Below, piece by piece: positions 1 through 12,633 of a DNA stretch of 64,000 bases. Source of the stretch: Convolutriloba macropyga. Lineage: Eukaryota. Below the pieces are notes generated by a model. The model made no database searches, was not told the origin of the DNA, and saw nothing but the letters and a program-made list of their open reading frames with translations. The position numbers and the translations under genes were made by a program. Numbering within the stretch: the stretch's first letter is position 1; the number at the start of each line of letters is the position of its first letter. Where the stretch lies: contig NC_134473.1 of NCBI RefSeq assembly GCF_964194025.1, forward strand, positions 70,556,001 through 70,620,000, given 5' to 3'.

Positions 1-159
1 TCTGGAAGCTGTTCTTTTAAATTTGCAGTATTTTGCAAATTTTTAAATTATCAGTTTTTTGGATTTGTTTACTAACAAAGCTTGAAAACTAAAAGTTGAA
101 TCAAGCTAACGCTAGCCTCTCTGAATCGTGGCTAGCTACTGACGAAGCCAACTAATCGC

Positions 160-205
160 CGGTCGTTTGAGAGCAATTCGCTTGACCTAAGTCGGTTATG
201 TTTAA
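160..205 (+). repeat. Short interspersed repeat 3' tail (..GAGAGCAATTC..GACCTAAGTCGGTTATGTTT)
   Basis: Similar to 19800-19848 and 6655-6699. Confidence 0.55.
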
Positions 206-1387
206 TAGCCGCGAAGCGGTAGCTGGTGATACTATTGGCCTTCTCTTAGTTTTTATAATTCAAAGAATTTGAATTGTATTGGGGCAGTCTTTTTTTACGA
301 CTCGAAGAGGAGTATCAGTGGAGCGTCTTTTTTGCCGGTAATGCTGTTGGAGTCTTTAAAACAGGAAATGAGAGAGCGAGAAAAGAAGTTTGAACTCAAA
401 TTTCTCTGTCAAAGATGTTTCTATCGTTTACCCAAACTAGTATAAGTGCGTTTGAAAGTTTTTTGACCATGTGAATCAAAAAAATTATTTTTTAGATTCA
501 GTTTGAGCTGATTTTACTTACCATTTTGCCATGTACGCTTTCTTGCAGTTTTTTTTCATTTTTAGCATTTGGGGAGTTCAGTGATTCAAATTAGTTGTGT
601 TAGGGGGCTTGGTTAGGTTTCTATATAATAGTTATTGATTTCGAGTTGTATTTTTAAAGATGATTAAGTGAACTTAGCGATTTTTGGTCTTTTTTTAGTA
701 AGTTTGTTGAACATTTTTGCTCGTTTTAAACTTCTCGCTATATTTTTTCTTGTTCAATATTTCGTTTGGAGCTATTTTGTAGGTTTTATTCCCCAAGGTG
801 CCATTGCAGGTCAGAGAGGGCACTTTTCACTGATATAAATAGTACAAATTTCTGAATTTGTTCGGGTTCTTTTATTCGTTCTTCGAATTTTTTTGTTGTT
901 TGATAGCTTTGCTAGGTGGATTGATAAGTGCCTGAACAGAAGCAGTAGTAAAATTTATGCTCCAAATAATTGCGGAGAGACAGCTTTTTAGCATTTTCTG
1001 GATTCTTTTGTTCATTTTTCAACTGTTTTGGTAGAAAATTTACTTGGTCCTTCATTTCTTTTCCCTTTCCTCGGTTTTCTCTGCGAACTATTTTTTTTCG
1101 CTTTTTTAACAGCCGCGTCCTCAATTCTAGGCGGCTATTTTAGCGCTCTTAATTTTTTTACTTCGTCTAACAGATTTTTGTTTTGTTTTACCGTGACTTC
1201 TTGGAATTGACTTTTTCAATGACTTACCTCACTCAAAAAAATAACTTCTGAGATTACTTATGAAACTTTAAATTTTATGAACATTTACTTATTAAAGGTC
1301 AATAGTGTGCATCTAAGTAGTGCCAAACATATGCCCTAATTCTTGAATATTAGAGTCTTGAGTTTTTGATTTCGAATATTAATTTTG

Positions 1388-1492
1388 GGATCTTTTCCGT
1401 TTGTGCCCCCCCCCCCAAATATTGCACGTGCTTCTCGGGGGTACAAATAATATGCGCCAACTAAGCTGAGGGGGGACAAACGGAAAAGATCC
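1388..1492 (+). mobile_element. MITE copy 1 (internally deleted), TIR GGATCTTTTCCGTTTGT
   Basis: Both TIRs present; flanks TAATTTTG/TAATTTTA (7/8 TSD). Confidence 0.8.
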
Positions 1493-3346
1493 TAATTTTA
1501 AAAAGCCCTATTAGGGATTTCTCCTTATAGAGCTTATGTGTCTCATAAAATGACAGTCCGAAGCTAACCCAAAAAGTCTAGTGGTCTATTAAAGGACTGG
1601 TGGTAGATATGTCTATTTTATTTCTATAGTTGTTTCAATTCATGTAACGCCACAAGCGTCTATCGCGGCTATTTTCCGGCAATCTGCCGTTTATGTTTGT
1701 CTATTGCAGTCGTTTATTAAATGAGAACGAACTTTGTCGAAACGTTTTTGCGAAAGAGCGAGTGGTTTTGTGGCGTAGAGTTTTTTCGATCTAATTTAAA
1801 AGTGGAGTGAGAAACAGGTGTTTGAACGAAAATTCGCTTTCTGGCTAATGGTTTTTTTGTTCTTATTCGTCATTTTGACATTGATTTTTTTTATTTTGAT
1901 TTTTTGATCTGTTTATGTTCTAAATGGTTTTACCTATTCATTCTTAGTCCATTCTGGGTCAAGTTTTTTTGTTTAGTCAATGGAAATTCTTTGTGTCAGG
2001 GACGCCCTTCTATGTTTTTTATTTCATCAAGTTTTTTGATACGACCATATGACGTCACAATCACTGGAAATCTGCTATTGGTTCGTTCGTTCATGCGTGA
2101 CGTCTTTTCCACTCTTAGTGGAGTGATTCATTCAAGTGATTAAGTATTTGGTCACATGTGACTTACCGCACTCTCAAAAATGACTTCCTCACTCACAAAT
2201 TGCTTTAGACTTTTTTTTTGCTTTAGTTCAAGGCGATAAGTTCAAGTGAGTGTATGTTACTCTAATTGAAGGTTTTTCAGGAGAAGCTAATGGAAGAAGC
2301 AATAAATTATACAAGTTCTTAATCAAACCATAACATCGCTATAGCAGCATTTATTGAAAAGGAATTTTTATGCAGATCTTCGAAGCTATCGCGGCTATCT
2401 GCCTGCTATGTTTTTTTAAAATATTTTAATAGCTTTATATTTGTAGATCAGTTTTGTCTTCAATTTGCAAAGGTCATAACGATTTGACAAAAATCGGTTG
2501 TCAAAAACTGCTGCCAAATAAAATTTGAAAAAGTTGTTGCATAGGGTGACTATTTGCATACATTGGTTGTTGAAAAAAATTCTGCTGATGTTGAAAAAGC
2601 ACTTGATTCTTCTAAGGGCCTTTTTTTTTAATTTGTTGCACTGTTTTGGTTACTGTCGAGTTGGATTCAACAAACCTGTTGTGGTTTATATTTGTAAAAT
2701 TTGCAGCTGCTTTTAAAGATTGCCTGAGAAAGGTCACTGGGTTTAGTTGTTAGTAGCCGCCGTCAGCCTCTCAACGGCTATTATTTAGGTGCTCTCCTTT
2801 TTTCACAATTCAAAAGAATTTGAATTGTATTGGGGCGCTGTCTGTTTTACGCTATTAGAGGAGTATTGGTGTAGCATCTTTTTTGATCGATATTTTTTCG
2901 TGCATTCAAAGCAGGATGTATAAATCCATGCCGCACGTGAAAACTAAGTTTTTGGGTCAAACGGCTGAACGAATTGAAGAGCAGAGAGAAGAAAGAGTGG
3001 TTGTTTTGTTCATGTCGGTTTTGAAAGAGCGAGAAAACTAGGTCTGAAAAATTTTTTCTCAATAAGCGAGTGAATTGTTTGATAACGTGCTGCTTTTTGT
3101 TGCAAACTACTTTTCATACAAGGTCTTAAATGTTTTTTTAATAATTTTTTCCGGAGTCCCAACTGAATTTTATCAGATGCTATATCAGTCTTTGTCAGTT
3201 GGCTTTCTGTTGATATTTTTCCTGTTATCATTTAAGGTTAGTTTTTTAGGCAGTTCAATTGATCAGTGAGGATGATAGACTTCAAGTCTTTGGTAGACTT
3301 CAAGTCTCGGATATGTTTTACGATCTGTTCACACATTTTCATGATC

Positions 3347-3520
3347 GGATCTTTTCCGTTTGTGCCCCCCCAGTACGTTATGCGCCCCCCAGTTACAGAG
3401 CACGTGCCATTACATAGTAAATTACTATGTAAAAATATTGCACGTGCGTCTGGGGGGTGCAAATAATATGCGCCCACTAAGCTGGGGGGGGGGGGGGGGG
3501 GGCACAAACGGAAAAGATCC
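3347..3520 (+). mobile_element. MITE copy 2 (full length), probable Merlin-type non-autonomous DNA transposon
   Basis: Perfect TIR GGATCTTTTCCGTTTGTGCCCCCC; perfect 8-bp TSD TCATGATC. Confidence 0.9.
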
Positions 3521-3745
3521 TCATGATCTTTGAAGTCAAATTCGAGTGATGATTTTCGTTACGCCAAAACAGGAAGTGGAGCGGAAATGCGAGTGCTTTT
3601 GCGGCTTGATTTTTTTCGCTCCAATTTAAAGTAGAGTAAGAAAATTGAGTTTTGGACAAAAATTAGTTTTCTCGCGAGTGTTTTTTGTTCACATGCGGCT
3701 TTTTGACTTTGATTTTTAATGTTTTTTTTTTTCATTTATTTATCT

Positions 3746-3812
3746 GGGGGGGGGGGGGGGCAAATATTATGCAATATACGCCCACTAAGCGGGGGCGAAA
3801 ACGGAGAAGATC
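3746..3812 (+). mobile_element. MITE copy 3 (3' fragment)
   Basis: G-run, CAAATA..CGCCCACTAAGC..AAACGGAGAAGATCC matches the right end of the family. Confidence 0.7.
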
Positions 3813-4203
3813 CGAACTTTGTCGACAACATTCATTTCTGTCCACTAAATGTTCGAGAGGATTTTTTTTCAAAATGAAGAATGTAGCGATCCCGGAAACT
3901 GCACCATTCGGTTTTTGTGCATATGAATCTGATACTTTTGGCATTAGCATTTGACAGTGAACAGTGGGTGGTGTTTTTTAACAAAGTCGATTTCATTAAC
4001 AAAGTTGATTTTGGTTCCGTAAGAGCATAAAGTTGACGTTTATTTTTGCTTCTTATCAAACTGTAGAGAATAACGGAGGCTATGGAGTGAATTTGATATG
4101 GTGGAAGCCATTAGCATACCTTCCTAACTATACTACGTTTTCAGGAAAAATGACAACTTGCAAAGTTATTTCTATTTCTACATTGAGCTGAGGTTTTGCA
4201 ACA

Positions 4204-4498
4204 ATGGGATCAAGTCCGCAAAGTGACGCTACAATCGTGGCATTGGATAAGATGCCTTGCGCTTTGGATACATGTGTACCAAGTCCGTTTGTATCAAAAT
4301 TTTCCCAAAGCACTGCTGATAAGGTGCTCTCAATGCGCAGTAGTGGTCAGGACGCTTCCACAGATTCTAAAATGAATGCAAAAATTGTGCTCCTGGGTGA
4401 TGCTGCAGTTGGGAAGACGTGCCTATTTTACAGGATATTCAGAAACGAGTTCACTGATTTGTACAAAACCACCATTGGAGTAGATTTTTGTCTACTAG
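4204..4498 (+). CDS. Rab34/Rab36-like small GTPase, exon 1
   Basis: N-terminal extension, then KIVLLGDAAVGKT (P-loop) and YKTTIGVDF (switch I/RabF1); phase-1 GT donor at 4499 (CTA G|gttggt). Confidence 0.88.
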
Positions 4499-6502
4499 GT
4501 TGGTTAACTTGATAACTTTTAATTGCGCGCGAACGAAGTTTAAAGCAATTGTCGTAGTCCAGTGTGTTGTTCTTGTGCAAAATTTTGCTTGACAGTTTTC
4601 TTCTAGAAAAGTTGAGTCATTTGACTATATGAAACGGTATATACTGGTATCTGGGGTTGAAAGAAAAAAAAGTTATTGGTACTTATTACAATATTTTCTG
4701 CTTCAATATGTGCTGCTTCTAATTATTTAAAAAGCCTTTCTGATGTTTTGTCACTGGTTGTTTTTTAGTGCAGAATGTCGCCTGAAAGTTTTATGGCTCA
4801 ACCGTGGGTGTTGCAGCCCATTATTTAAATAAAACGATGTTGCAGACAAACCGAAATTTTCGATGATGCAGACGTGAGGCCACTAAAGATTACTAAAAAC
4901 CAGTTGAGAATGCTTTAGTTTTACTGAATTCTAGAGCAATTTTGTCGGCTTTTGTTTATCGCAAACTAACAAAAGGGCCAATAAATTGAAAAATGTTGTA
5001 TTTGGTTATTGGCCCCTCTCATCTTCTCGGCTGGCTATTATAGCGGCCCTTTTTTTACTGGAAGAGGAGTATCGGAGAGCAGTATATTTAGTCAATTTTT
5101 TGGATTGGTTTTGAAGCGAATTTCAGCGATTTTTTGCCTTCTGTTTTGTTTTACTGCCTTAAGTTGGCATTCGAAACATTTTTTTAGGGAGTTGTTAGAT
5201 ATCAAGTGATTACAATTGTGTTCGCATAAAACATTTTTTTAAATGAGAAGTATGACAAAGAATCGAGAAATTTCAATTTTTTTTATTTTTTCACTTTCAT
5301 TTTTCTGTAATCTTAGACCAGTTTCCTAGTCTCTCGTAACTTTCTCATTGTTTTGGTAGCATTTCAATGCCATTAAATGCTTAAAGGAATTTTTCTTTTG
5401 GCTTTATGTCTGAGGTTTGCTGATCTTGTACACTAGTTTTTAGTTTTTCAGTCAGTTTTTTGAATTGTATTTCAGGACTTGGCCTGGTATGTTTTATTTC
5501 CTTCGTCGAATAAAAATTTGTTTGGCTTTAACGTATTTCACTGCTTGTTCAATTATTTGCGTGAAATATTGTTGACTTCTCTAGACTTATCTTCTTTGTA
5601 GCTCATTCTACTCAAAGCGCTGTCAAACAGCAGGTGCTCAGCGAAGCAATCTTAAGTGAACGGAGTCAATACCGGAAAACATTCAAGAATACCAAAAAAT
5701 GAATTCAGAAACGGGATAAACCCATAAAGCCCAGTTTTAGATGCTCCGTACCTCAATTTTTTCTTTGCAGTCTCAGTTACCATCTCTAAAGCTTAATGGT
5801 TTTGATACTAGCTACTGTATCCCCCTCATTAAGAAACAGGGTTATGTCCAATTACGAATTGACATCAATATTTTGCACTTAAACTATGTTTTTGTACAAA
5901 AATGATTGTACAAATTTGTATAGAAATCAATAGCGGGTATTTTCCCGCAATTTACCGTGCATTAAAAAAATTTTTTTCACTGCTAGCCAAAAAAATTTGA
6001 TTATCAATTTCTTGTTCAATTTCAGCTTTTTTTATTGAATTGCGGCGGCGGTTTGGTTTGTCAAGATTTTCTAAATTAATATTTTTTAATTCGTGATATT
6101 GTTTGCATTTATAATTTTTTATGTTGTCAGCCAAAGTTGTTAGCCTTCAATAGCCTTTGTCATAATTTCTGCAAGTTATACGTGCTTATTAAGTTATTAA
6201 AGAATAATATTGCCTATCTGTAAGAAGCGTGGTTTTTAAAGTTGCTTGAATTGTGATAGAAGACTTGTGTAATGTTTGCCTCACTCTATCAGCTGTTTGG
6301 TAATTGCTCTCGAATGAGAAGCAATTATTGTAAACACGTGTTTTTTTCGCCTGACTGTTCTGAGCTTTTATTCTAGAATGATCTTTGACTTCACAAGTGA
6401 TTTTTTCACGCACTTCTTGATTTTTGAGTGACTTCAATTGCTCTCACTCCGAAATAAAGTTTTTTGGTCAAACAAACCCAATAGTTAGAGACTCGTTGAC
6501 AA

Positions 6503-6699
6503 GGGCCTGAATACCGGGTGGTTAATACCTCCGTCGAGGTGGCGGAATCGGACTCAGGAGGTCGGGGTTCGAATCCTACAGTCGGCTGAGGTTTTCGCAC
6601 CCATAAAGAAAATTTTATCTAGGCTACAGCCCCTGAATTGAATGGCGCCGCCTGTCATTCGAGAGCAATTTTTCCGACCTTAACCGGTTTATATTTTTT
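6503..6699 (+). mobile_element. tRNA-derived SINE in the Rab intron
   Basis: A-box-like TACCGGGTGG, B-box GGTTCGAATCC (6566-6576); 3' tail GAGAGCAATT..CCGACCTAACCGGTT shared with repeats at ~160-205 and ~19800-19848. Confidence 0.6.
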
Positions 6700-7307
6700 G
6701 CATCCTTTTCTTCCTCAAGTGGTTATATCAACTGGTCAGGGGTGGGCGATAATATCAATTAAACAAATGTTCCGGATGATTGTTGGTCATTTCTATAGCT
6801 AGCAAATTGTACTGTCTATGAGAATTAGTTCTGGCTATCAATTTTAATTACAATTGCACGGATTTTGCGCGCACTTTTAAGTGCTCTTAGAACTCGCGTT
6901 TTTGTTAACTGCTCTGAAACGAAGTTGTAGCAATTATATTAATGATTTTGGTCTCTTTTATGAATTTTTTGTACTACCAGCTTTTCGTTTGATAATTACG
7001 TCTGGCTTTTCGTCCTCCAAAACGGGATAAGTAGTTAAAGCCCTGAGGGCACTAAGTCGCTAAACAGTTCTCTTAGAACCTTGCGCATTACTAGACTCTT
7101 TTACGATTCACCGAAAATGTTGGTGAGACAAATTCATATTGTCATATTGACCCCCCCCTCTCGTCCACTGACCTCTACCTTGTTTTACCCGTATCCCCTG
7201 TCATTTGAAACGCTATATTGAGCGTTGAAGTAGCTACAAGTAAAACGAAGTAATTTTTAATGTGTTTGATCGATAAACCTTTGAAATGTAGCTATTGCTC
7301 ATTATAG

Positions 7308-7903
7308 ATTACCTCATCCTTTCGGTGCCGTTCAGACTTCAGTTATGGGACACAGCCGGATCTGAGAGATTCAAAGCCCTGACCTACGGATACTATAGAG
7401 GTGCTCAAGTTGTCATTTTGACCTTCGACGTCAACAATTTGAACCCAGTGCAATCATTACGCAATTGGCATTCGGAAGTTTCCTCAATGATGGAGTTACA
7501 TAACAATCAATCTAGTCCAATGTTTTTCGTGGTCGGCACCAAAGTTGATTTAATCCAAGGAGTTCAAGATTCTATTTCAGCATCTGCCAATTTTAAGCTG
7601 CAAGAATTGGAAAAGAAAGTAAAAGATTTTTGCATTGAAATCGGCGCTGAGTTATGGCTAACTTCTTCTAAATGCAACATCAACGTTGATTTGTTTTTCA
7701 ATAGAATTGCTGCTTTGTTGTTCAATGATTTGATGAGTCAGGAAATTACTGATAAGGAAAGAGATTTTGAGGTTGAGAATGGCGATGCTACTGAAATTGG
7801 TTCGAGGCCCGGTAGTGGAAAGATTCGGCTGAAACCGGACGCTAATTTGAGAGGAACTCTAACTAGACAACAAATTTCAAATCGGTCTTGTTGTGGCAGA
7901 TAA
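7308..7903 (+). CDS. Rab34/Rab36-like small GTPase, exon 2 (spliced protein ~296 aa)
   Basis: attatag|AT acceptor joins in frame (G+AT=Asp), giving VDFCLLDYLILSVPFRLQLWDTAGSERFK..YYRGAQ, VGTKVD (G4), TSSK (G5) and C-terminal CCGR prenylation motif; the VPFxLQLWD and TKxD signatures fit Rab34/36. Confidence 0.88.
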
Positions 7904-8697
7904 CTTGGTTCTATATACTTTTAATCACCTCGAGTTTCGATTAAAACAGTCGCATAAGTTACCGATAGAATAAATTGGTAACGCTCGATGAATACGATGA
8001 AAATTTGAAACTTATAAAACTCTGCTTTAGGGTTAGGTTACTTTTTTCCGCCATTCTTTTCTCCAATGTTGCTATATGAAGAGTGCCGAGGAGAAAATTG
8101 ACTACTGAGTTGCCTAAATTATGCAACTGTTGCAATCGCAACGAGAGTTGGTTAAAAACGGTTGCTATTGCCCTTTTGAAGTTATTCAACAAGTCGGCTG
8201 CGCCTCAGATTTTGATTACTTCTCGATGGCGATAACAACCGTGTCGCATTTTTCAGTAAAACAAATCTTAATTTTGATTCTTTCAGGTCTATCAAGTTGT
8301 TGCTGCGGTCTCAAAATCGAGGTCATGAAAGTTAATGAGAGCTTTGAACATCAAATTAACTTTGCTCGGCTAGGTCTCACCTTTAATGTACGTTTTATAT
8401 ATCAGCAAGCTCTGTTAATCAGTAAAGATTGTTATTTTAATCTTTGTGCAATATTGTATTGTGTACATATATGTAAATGTGTAAATATTTTAACACTTGA
8501 ATTCTTCACCTTTGCATTCTATCTGCTGTCTTCACAATATCTACATTTTCTACTTTTCGCTGTTATCTGCCATTATGAATTAAAATTATCAATTATTGGG
8601 TATTTTGAATGACAACAATACCACTAGCTCGTGTCATTGATGTTGCAGCTTTTTGCATTACAGGCTTATTGCTCCCTGTGAAGCGAAACTTGATACA

Positions 8698-8922
8698 CCT
8701 TGATAAGACATGCATGATCTTGACATCTCTTGCAAAACTTGAAACATCTTGTCAAGAACATAAAGACCAACGTTACTTTGTAAATCTTGATAAGATCTTG
8801 GCAAGATTTTAAATTTCGTGAAAGCTCTTGACAAAATCTTGGTAAATCTTGATGTCACTTTTTATCATTTAAAAGTGCTCTTTGTTATCTCGACAATGTT
8901 TTAGTATGTTTTTTTATCAAGG
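8698..8922. mobile_element. Putative small TIR element with internal (A)TCTTG subrepeats
   Basis: CCTTGATAA ... TTATCAAGG inverted termini; about a dozen CTTG motifs at ~11-bp spacing. Confidence 0.45.
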
Positions 8923-9308
8923 CATATCAAGTTTCGATTAACTGGGTTTCCACTCCATGGAATTGTGGGGAAACGTTGACATTCGGCCTCTATTTATTCG
9001 GTCAGTTTTCACCCATCAATATCTATTGCGCATAACAATCAACCTGGTATCATTCAAAAGTTCTTGATAAAGTTAAACGAGCGGTGAATATTTTCCAAAA
9101 TTAAAAGTTTCGACAAAAGACTAAAAATTTTGTGCGTGTTTTATGTTGCTCGCCTACTCTCTTATATTTGCTTAAGCGATTGTTGGTTTGACTTCGCTTT
9201 ATTTAGGCACAGAACTTGTTTTCTTTTTAACGGAAAAACATATAATCATCATTCGGCAACAATCATGTTATCTCAATGTTCAATTTTGGCGTAGTAAACT
9301 TCAACCCT

Positions 9309-9502
9309 TGTTATCAAAACATCTTAATTTGGGTTATCGTTCGAAAGTGCTATTAAAAAATGTTAATTGTTATTTTGATTTAGATTAAATATTTAGTTTC
9401 CTTGGATTGCGAGTGTTTTGCATGATTGTATTTTGTGTTGTGAGGCTCTTGTCGAAAGTCACTTCCGTTCGTTTTCGACAAAAAGAAGTCATGTCAGTGA
9501 CA
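9309..9502 (-). repeat. BEL/Pao 3' LTR
   Basis: Direct repeat of 17202-17402, preceded on the minus strand by the PPT. Confidence 0.93.
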
Positions 9503-9894
9503 TCCTCGGCCCCAACTGTAGGATCACGAACTGTTGCTGTACTGTATGATATCGGTGTAAAATCAGCAAGATAAGACAAGATAAGATAATCGATCGCAAA
9601 TATAATAATTGGAAAAGGAAGTTTGGGAGGAACCAAAGTTATGGGCGACTGAAAGGGGGACAAACTAAATTGAGCAAACGAATATCCCAAAAAAAGTTTG
9701 ACACGCAAAAGGACTGCAAATATGGTAACAATGCTTGACTAATGATCGCAAAAATTAGACATTTGATGTGAAACGTTGCAATAATGTAACTTGTTGCATC
9801 AACTTTTGGAGACGACTTGACTTAAAATTCTATGCCTTTTCCTATTGACAACTAAAGTATACATCTGCTCGTGAGAACGAGAACACAAAATAAT

Positions 9895-11811
9895 TCATTT
9901 GTTTTTTAAGACTTTGCTTAGTTTGATGACTGGTCTTACTTTCTCACCATGTGGAGTTCTCAGTTTCACGGAGCGTACTACACCATCTGAACCGGGGTAA
10001 ATTTCTATAACTTTTGCAAGAGGCCAGAGACCTCGTGGCGTGAAGTCTTCAAGTAGCCAAACCAAATCATTTACCTTGAGGTTTTCAGAAGTTTTGTTCC
10101 ACTTCGACCTTGTCTGTTGATTAGGGATGTATTCGCGAAGAAATCTATTCCAAAAGTGCGAGGCTAGTTCTTGAGCAGATTTCCATGACCTGGACACGGT
10201 GACTTTTTGCGATTCGAAGAGACCAGGAGGGTAGTTAAGTGACGCTCTTCCGAGTAAAAAGTGGTTAGGCGTGAGAGGCAGAGGATCGTTAATTTCACTC
10301 GGGACATTAGTTAGAGGTCTAGAATTCATATTGGATTCAATCTCACATACCAGTGTCCACAAAATATCATCTGAGAGGGTTCTTGACCCAATTACTTTGT
10401 ATAGAGATAACTTGAATATCTGCACTAGGCGTTCCCAACTTCCACCGAAGTGTGGAGCCGCCGGAGGGTTAAACACCCACTCAATTTCGACCTGCATCAG
10501 ATGCAAGTGACTTGAAAAGTCTTGGGAATTTCTAAGGCTTGCAATACTGGATTGCAAAGAGTTATTTGATCCAACAAAAGATTTTCCACAATCGGAAAAG
10601 AACTTTTTTGGTTTTCCTCTACGGCTTATAAAGCGACGGATGCAATTGATTGTTGAATCTGTTGTCAAGTCAACGGCAACTTCTAGATGGACAGCGCGTA
10701 CTACTAAGCACGTGAAGAGGAGTATGTATCTAGTCCTGTTTCTTCCATGTTCTTTAACTGGAAAGGGTCCTACGAAGTCTAAGCCTGTGGTTTGGAAACC
10801 GTGATGATTTTCTCTTGGTAGTCTGAACTCTGGGAGGTCAGCCATTTGGGGGGCAGCTACTTCTTGGATCATACGTCTGCATGGAATACATTGTCTAACT
10901 GTTTGTTTGACTACCGCCCTGCACCTAAAAATCCAATAGAGTTCCATTAATAAACTTCTAGTTTGTTCTGTGCCACAATGCATGTTTGTTTGGTGAAAAT
11001 GTTTTATCAGTAGTCTAACACTCTGATTATTTCCATCTAGGATCAACGGGAAGCGCGCAGTTTCTAGTCTCAATGCTTTAGACAATCGTCCTCGAGCACG
11101 CAAGTGCTGGTTATGATCGACGTATGGTGATAAAGAGACAATTCTACTGGTAGATGATACTGCAATACCTTTTCTTAAGTTCGAAATTTCCAATTTAAAA
11201 TCTTGATTTTGGGAACTTTTTATCAAGTAATTGTAAGCTTTTGTATAATGTGCTAGTAACAACTTGGATTCCTTTTTCCGGCATTTATCTGCAAACAAAA
11301 AGCAAAGCGCTGCAACTCTAAGTAAACGATTCCAGTTGCTGAAACGCGATATGTCAATTTGGCATTTGAGTTCTTTTCTTGGATCTGCCATTATAATTTT
11401 AACATGTTGAGCAGAGAGTAAATCTTGTTTCGGCCACGTGTTTTTATTTTGACACAAAAAGGATGGACCTAATAGCCAACGTGAGTTGACATTCATTTGG
11501 TGAACGTTGTAGCCTCGGGTACCATCGTCAGCGGGATTTCTGGTAGACGAAATGTAGAACCAATCTTGGGCGGAGGAAACGTCTAAAATTTTGGCTAGTC
11601 TGTTAGCAATGAAGATTCGATGGCGAATCTCAGGAGTCCGTAGCCAATACAAAACGGTCGTGCTATCAGACCAAAAAACTTGTTTATGGATTTCAATATC
11701 CATCTCATCTCTGACAAATTGCGCTAGTTGAGCACCATATAACGCAGCCTGTAGTTCCAAATTAGGAATCGTCATCCGTTTTATTGGCGCAACTCTTGCT
11801 TTACCGATCAC
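9895..11811 (-). pseudogene. BEL/Pao RNase H/peptidase A17 region and integrase
   Basis: KARVAP..TIPNLEL, WSDST, NPADDGTRG, H..H..CIPC Zn finger, GLDFVGP, FSDCG, PHFGGSWERLV, LTPNHFLLG, DUF5641-like tail. Confidence 0.93.
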
Positions 11812-12078
11812 AAATGCGACTGAGACGGATTCGTCAATGTGTTCAATTCGTAGATAACTGACTGCTGATAATGCTAACTCGGATGCATCTGTGAACGTGT
11901 GTAGTTCAATCGATGAAATCGGTATCTCGTTTAACAGTTTGCGAGGAAGATGTACATCCTTGAAAGACGAAAGTTCTTTTTTCAGATTCTCGAAATCAGA
12001 ATTCTCATCCAGTTGTAATGGCTTGTCCCATTTTGGACCGTGGTTCCATGCTGCTTGGAGAAAAGGGGGCGATAATTC

Positions 12079-12633
12079 CTAAGGGATCAAAGATGGAAGC
12101 AACAAAACGAAGTAATTTACGCTGACTCGTTTTTCATCAAGTTTGATCTTATGGAACAATTTTTGCTCTATAACAAATGTATCGGCTTCTGGAAACCAGG
12201 ACAAACCAAGAACCTTTTGACTTTGTGGTGCGGATGTTTCTGGATTAAGTCGGATATCCGGGTTCAGCAGGTCAAGAACTTGTTGACTATTTGAATTCCA
12301 CTTTGTCAGATTGAAACCACCAGTAGCAAGAACCTTGCGAGTCTCATGGACAATGTTTGAAGCTTCATTTGGACTCGATACGGCAACATACAAATCATCC
12401 ATGTAAATGTTCCGCTCTATGACTTTTTGAACACTTGGATAAGTTTTTGCATTGTCCTGAGCAGATCTTCTGAGCGCGTAGGACGCTATGCAGGGTGAAT
12501 CTGTTGCACCAAATATATGACTGGTGTATTCATAGGTTTCTATGCGTCCATTGTTCTTCCAGAGGAAGCGTAAGTAGGGTCGGTCTTTAGGGTCAACTTC
12601 ACCTGCATGAACATTTGTTATATGTCTGCGCAC
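12079..12633 (-). pseudogene. BEL/Pao reverse transcriptase core (frameshifted)
   Basis: YLRFLW, HIFGATDSP, IYMDD, GGFNLTKWNSN, KVLGLSW. Confidence 0.92.

Noticed and set aside
250-3700. Diverged similarities among ~260/2810, ~1110/2755 and ~1780/3610
   Set aside because: Old interspersed-repeat remnants; boundaries could not be defined by eye
3238-3954. Short Pro/Gly-rich ORFs (also 23945-24199, 24832-25271)
   Set aside because: Translations of MITE C/G runs
6503-6585. tRNA gene
   Set aside because: Pol III boxes are present but I found no convincing cloverleaf, and it continues into a repeat tail; treated as a SINE
8121-8612. 163-aa hydrophobic ORF after the Rab gene
   Set aside because: T-rich 3' UTR or intergenic composition, no motif
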